Assembly: GCA_046484965.1 (NCBI GenBank)
Contig: JAWOHV010000198.1
Location: 2,156-66,155 of the forward strand
Source of the DNA: Prochlorococcaceae cyanobacterium
Lineage (GTDB): Bacteria; Cyanobacteriota; Cyanobacteriia; PCC-6307; Cyanobiaceae
DNA: 64,000 nt
Direction: 5' to 3'
Both the position numbers and the translations under genes were made by a program. The notes under the pieces were generated by a model, which made no database searches, was not told the DNA's origin, and saw only the letters and a list, made by a program, of their open reading frames with translations. Below, piece after piece: positions 60,470 to 64,000 of this stretch. Each line of letters begins with the position of its first letter. Within the stretch, counting starts at the first letter, position 1.

Positions 60470-61236
60470 TGCTCCTGCGCCAGCGCTACCAAGCCGGTTG
60501 CCGCAGCCTGCGCCACTGGCTGAAGCTGAACCAGCGCCATGGCTCGCTGGTGCGCGCCTGCACCGGTGATGGGGTGGTGCTGGCTGAGAACCACTACCCC
60601 GAGGACGACTGGCGCGATCCGCTCAGCGGTGGCCAGGCCTATTACCACTGCCACCGGCCCGGTGCCGAGCACGGCCATCTGCACCTGTTCATGCCCGCTG
60701 AGCCGGGCGCTGAGCTCACCCATCTGCTGGGCATCGGCCTCGATCCCAGGGGGTTGCCCCTCAGCCTGTTCACCGTGAATCGCTGGGTGGCCAGCGACGC
60801 CTGGCTGCCGGCAGCGCCAAGCCTCGCGCTGGTTCGGCGCTTCAGCCTGGTGGCCAGCGATGCCGACCCCCGCTTCAGCAGCTGGCTGGAGCAGTTCCTG
60901 CGTTTCTACGCGCCGGTGATCGAGACCCTGCTGCTGGAGCGTGACCGGGCCCTGGCGGCGAAGGACGATTCTCTGGAGCAGGCGCTGGAGAACCGCCACC
61001 TGGAGATCCCCAGCCAGGTGGTCATCGACTGGGGAGCTGATCTCGATGACGTTCAAAACCAGTGGCGAGCCCATGGGGAGCAGCGTCGATCCAGCGCTGC
61101 TGCACCCGGGGCTGACAGGGCGGCACTTCAACAGCAGGAGCCGCCGGTGGTGCCGGTGGGTGCCGATGCGGTGGTGTTCTCCAGGGGGGAGCCATCAAAG
61201 GGGATGGCCGTGCCGCAGCCCTCGAACAGGCCGTAG
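60469..61236 (+). CDS. Hypothetical protein with a His-rich motif
   Basis: 255 aa with YYHCHRPGAEHGHLHLF. It is translationally coupled to the preceding lipoprotein gene. Its last ~109 nt overlap the arsM 3' end, so the true stop or tail is doubtful. Confidence 0.55.
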   Translation: MLLRQRYQAGCRSLRHWLKLNQRHGSLVRACTGDGVVLAENHYPEDDWRDPLSGGQAYYHCHRPGAEHGHLHLFMPAEPGAELTHLLGIGLDPRGLPLSLFTVNRWVASDAWLPAAPSLALVRRFSLVASDADPRFSSWLEQFLRFYAPVIETLLLERDRALAAKDDSLEQALENRHLEIPSQVVIDWGADLDDVQNQWRAHGEQRRSSAAAPGADRAALQQQEPPVVPVGADAVVFSRGEPSKGMAVPQPSNRP

Positions 61237-62228
61237 TGGCGGCTGAAATCGCCGATGAACTCAAAATGCGCTGCCAGGCGGCTGCCCGCGAGCATGCGGA
61301 AGGTGTTGCCGCACACCGGAAACACTTTGCCCGCCTCAATCCAGTGGTGCTTGTCGAAGGGCAGGGCGTGGGGGTGTTCGGCGATCGTGCCGCGGTAGAT
61401 CACCGCCTGGCCGTGGTCCTCGCAGGCGTCCTCCAGCTCGGGGATGGAGAACAGCCTGTAGGTGGCGGAGAAGAAGCGGATGGCGCCGGTGCGCGCGGCC
61501 AGCTCCGGGTCGGTGATCGCCAGGGGCCGGTCGCTCACCAGGCGGGGGTCGGCGAAGCCGGCCTGCCTGGCCAGGCGCAGGAAGTCGTTCCAGTAGAGGG
61601 AGCCGCTGAGGCATTCGCCGTAGAGCACCGGATCGTGGCGCAGGGCCTCGGGCACGCGCCGGTCGGCGTACACGTCGGCGAAGAAGAACTCACCGCCGCG
61701 CTTGAGCAGGCGCCGCACCCCGTTGAGCACGGCCAGCTTGTCGGCCGAGAGATTCAGCACACAGTTGGAGATCACCAGATCGAAGCTGCCGGGCTCCAGT
61801 GGCAGCTGATCAAGCTGCTCGATGCGGCCCTCCAGGAACTCCACGTTGGCGAAGCCGAACTGCTCGGCGTGGTGCTGCTGGTGCCGTTGGGCCACCGCCA
61901 GCTGCTCGGGTGTCATGTCCACCCCCACCACCGCGCCGCTGGCGCCCACCAGCTGGGCCAGCAGGTAAACGTCGCGGCCACTGCCGCAGCCCAGATCCAG
62001 CACCCGCAGGCCCTCCAGCAGCGGCGGCACCACCAGCCCGCAGCCGTAGTAGCGCGAGAGCACCTCGGGGTGGATGCGGGCCAGCAGGGGCCGGAGCGCT
62101 GCTGGCACGCTGCTGGCATCGCAGCAGGCGTCGGTGCGCAGGTCGGCGCTGCTGCTCAGGGTGGCGCCGTAGTACGCCTGCACGCCGCGGCTGAGGTCGG
62201 TGGGGCTGGAGTCAGGGCGGCCGGACAT
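61128..62228 (-). CDS. arsM: SAM-dependent arsenite methyltransferase-like protein
   Basis: VQAYYGATLSSSADLRTDACCDASS, the SAM motif VLDLGCGSGRDVY, VISNCVLNLS and YGECLSG. The start is the ATG at 62228. The track ORF over-extends to 62438. Confidence 0.85.
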   Translation of the reverse strand: MSGRPDSSPTDLSRGVQAYYGATLSSSADLRTDACCDASSVPAALRPLLARIHPEVLSRYYGCGLVVPPLLEGLRVLDLGCGSGRDVYLLAQLVGASGAVVGVDMTPEQLAVAQRHQQHHAEQFGFANVEFLEGRIEQLDQLPLEPGSFDLVISNCVLNLSADKLAVLNGVRRLLKRGGEFFFADVYADRRVPEALRHDPVLYGECLSGSLYWNDFLRLARQAGFADPRLVSDRPLAITDPELAARTGAIRFFSATYRLFSIPELEDACEDHGQAVIYRGTIAEHPHALPFDKHHWIEAGKVFPVCGNTFRMLAGSRLAAHFEFIGDFSRHYGLFEGCGTAIPFDGSPLENTTASAPTGTTGGSCC

Positions 62229-62278
62229 GGGGGCTGAAGGGGGCGTTGGGGGATCCAGATCGTGACGGCGCAGGGGGC

Positions 62279-64000
62279 TCAACCGCGCCGCCGCCAGGTG
62301 TGGTAGCGGCGCAGCCAGGGCATCAGGTGGTGGGGCACGCGCTGCTTCTTCCAGCTGGCGGCGGCGGACTTGTTGGCCTCCGCGAAGGTGGGGTAGGCGT
62401 GAATGGTGGCAAAGATCCTGCCCAGCCCCAGGCCCCACTTCATCGCAAGCACGAACTCGGCCAGCAGCTCGCCGGCGTGCTCGCCCACGATCGTGGCGCC
62501 CAGGATTCGGTCGCCGCCCGGCTGGGTGAGCACCTTCACGAAGCCCTGTTCGGCGCTCTCCACGATGGCGCGGTCGAGTTCGTGCAGGGGGAAGCGGGTC
62601 ACGTCCACGGCGATGCCCTGCTCAGCGGCGTCGGCTTCGGTGAGCCCCACGGTGGCCACCTCCGGCTCGGTGAAGGTGGTGCGGGGGATCACCCGGTAGT
62701 CGGCCTTGAACGAGCGCAGGTTGCCGAACAGGGCGTTCACCGCCGCATACCAGGCCTGGTATGCGGCGGTATGGGTGAACTGGAAGGGCCCGGCCACATC
62801 GCCGGCGGCGTAGATGTTGGGGTAGAGGGTCTGCAGGAAGGCGTTGGTGGTGACCGTGGCGCCGGTGGGGATGCCCAGCTCCTCGAGGCCATAGCCCGTG
62901 AGCCGGGCGCGGCGGCCCAGGGCGCACAGCACGGCGTCGCAGGCGATGGCCCGTTCCTGCTCCCCCTGCCGAACCCGCACCGTGATCGCCCCCTGGGGGC
63001 CGCTCTGCCGCTCGAAGCCGAGCACCATTGCCCCCATCAGCAGGGTCACGCCATCGGCCTCCAGGGCCCGCTGCACCTCGGCGGCCGCGTCGGAGTCTTC
63101 CTTGTTGAGCAGGCGCTCGCTGCGCTGGATCTGGGTGATCGGCAGGCCCAGCTGGGCCAGGGCCTGGGCCAGTTCGCAGGCGATCGGCCCGCCCCCCAGC
63201 ACCGCCAGCCGCGGCCGCTCCAGGGCGCAGCTGGCCAGCCAGCTCCACAGCGTTTCGCTGGTGAGCAGCGGCACCGCATCGCTCCCTGGCCAGTCGGGGA
63301 TCACCGGTTCGGCTCCGGTGGCCAGCACGATCGCGCGCGCCGTGAGCGTCTGCTCTTCCCCCTCGGGCCCCTGGATCGCCACGGTCCAGGGATCGAGCAG
63401 GCGGGCCTGGCCGCTCAGCACTTCCACCCCCAAGCCCTCGTAGCGCTCCACGCTGTCGTGGGGCGCAATCGCCTCCACCTTGGCGGCCACCCGGGCGAAC
63501 ACCTGGCGCACGCTCAGGCGCGGCTCCATCGGCTCGAGGCCGTAGCGGTCGGCGCGGCGCATGCGGGCCGCCAGCCGCGCCGAACTGATCAGGGCCTTGC
63601 TGGGCACGCAGCCGGTGTTGAGGCAGTCGCCGCCCATCGCGGCGCGCTCCACCAGGGTCACCCGCGCCTTCACCGTGGCGGCGATGTAGGCGGTCACCAG
63701 ACCCGCTGCGCCGGCGCCGATCACGATCAGGTTGCGATCGAAGCGGCGCGGCCGCTGCCAGGGGCGGTAGAGCCGCCAGATCTGCCAGCGGCGGGTGGCC
63801 GCCTTCGCCAGCCAGGGGAACAGGGCCAGCAGCAGCAGCGAGCCCAGCAGCGGCGGGCTAAGGATGCCGCCCAGACCGCGCAACTGGGCCAGCTGGGTGC
63901 CGGCATTCACGTACACCAGCGTGCCGGGCAGCATGCCGATCTGGCTGGTGAGATAAAAGCTGACGGCCCGCATCGGCGTCAGCGCCATCAGCAGGTTGAT
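62279..64000 (-). CDS. Pyridine nucleotide-disulfide oxidoreductase fused to an N-terminal membrane (DedA/TVP38-like) domain; the N-terminus runs off the right edge
   Basis: LIVIGAGAAGLVTAYIAA (FAD), the redox-active GGDCLNTGCVPSK, VLGGGPIACELAQ (NAD) and a dimerisation domain HAYPTFAE. It is preceded by hydrophobic membrane segments, and the frame is still open at 64000. Confidence 0.88.
   Translation of the reverse strand: MNLLMALTPMRAVSFYLTSQIGMLPGTLVYVNAGTQLAQLRGLGGILSPPLLGSLLLLALFPWLAKAATRRWQIWRLYRPWQRPRRFDRNLIVIGAGAAGLVTAYIAATVKARVTLVERAAMGGDCLNTGCVPSKALISSARLAARMRRADRYGLEPMEPRLSVRQVFARVAAKVEAIAPHDSVERYEGLGVEVLSGQARLLDPWTVAIQGPEGEEQTLTARAIVLATGAEPVIPDWPGSDAVPLLTSETLWSWLASCALERPRLAVLGGGPIACELAQALAQLGLPITQIQRSERLLNKEDSDAAAEVQRALEADGVTLLMGAMVLGFERQSGPQGAITVRVRQGEQERAIACDAVLCALGRRARLTGYGLEELGIPTGATVTTNAFLQTLYPNIYAAGDVAGPFQFTHTAAYQAWYAAVNALFGNLRSFKADYRVIPRTTFTEPEVATVGLTEADAAEQGIAVDVTRFPLHELDRAIVESAEQGFVKVLTQPGGDRILGATIVGEHAGELLAEFVLAMKWGLGLGRIFATIHAYPTFAEANKSAAASWKKQRVPHHLMPWLRRYHTWRRRG

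Noticed and set aside
61128-61236. 109-nt convergent overlap between the His-motif protein ORF and arsM
   Set aside because: It is most likely read-through of a stop-poor GC-rich frame, since the tail of the plus-strand ORF is low-complexity (AAPGADRAALQQQEPPVVPVG...). I did not treat it as a functional overlap.

Overview
This is a high-GC picocyanobacterial chromosome segment that looks Synechococcus/Cyanobium-like. All calls come from reading the sequence and the ORF track by eye; no searches were run. About 80% of the window is the conserved 'chromosome start' neighbourhood I recall from Prochlorococcus and marine Synechococcus. The order is uvrA, SDR, recN, ABC1 kinase, thrC | putative oriC | dnaN, PRC-barrel protein, purL, purF, GyrA/ParC-like subunit, TPR protein, queG, DUF502, nusB, ftsY, PP2C phosphatase, argH, RRM protein, dusA and a flavoprotein. 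It continues with grpE, dnaJ, tusA-like, rsgA, ybaB, murB, murC, gap2, thiL, cyclophilin, efp, accB, pdxA, an epimerase-like gene, HNH, an SNF2 helicase, and later tRNA-Gly and a class-V aminotransferase. Four stretches are accessory or unusual. (1) A pilB-pilT-pilC type IV pilus motor operon lies at 29.7-34.0 kb. (2) A divergent pair of an HNH nuclease and a HARP-like SMARCAL1-type SNF2 ATPase lies at 47.1-49.3 kb. (3) A roughly 7 kb eroded island abuts the 3' end of tRNA-Gly(CCC) at about 51-58.3 kb. It holds three intact type II toxin-antitoxin pairs, two decayed vapBC copies and a 446-aa orphan. It also holds an archaeo-eukaryotic-primase/SF2-helicase gene split over three reading frames, which sits between RHH-mazF and yefM-yoeB on the same strand, plus a second copy of that gene's 3' end. 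(4) A small Cys-rich lipoprotein operon lies next to arsM and a membrane-domain-fused disulfide oxidoreductase at 60.3-64 kb. I recognised no rRNA, CRISPR array, transposase or integrase. Many long ORFs in the track are antisense or out-of-frame shadows typical of high-GC DNA, and many real genes start downstream of the first start codon listed in the track.
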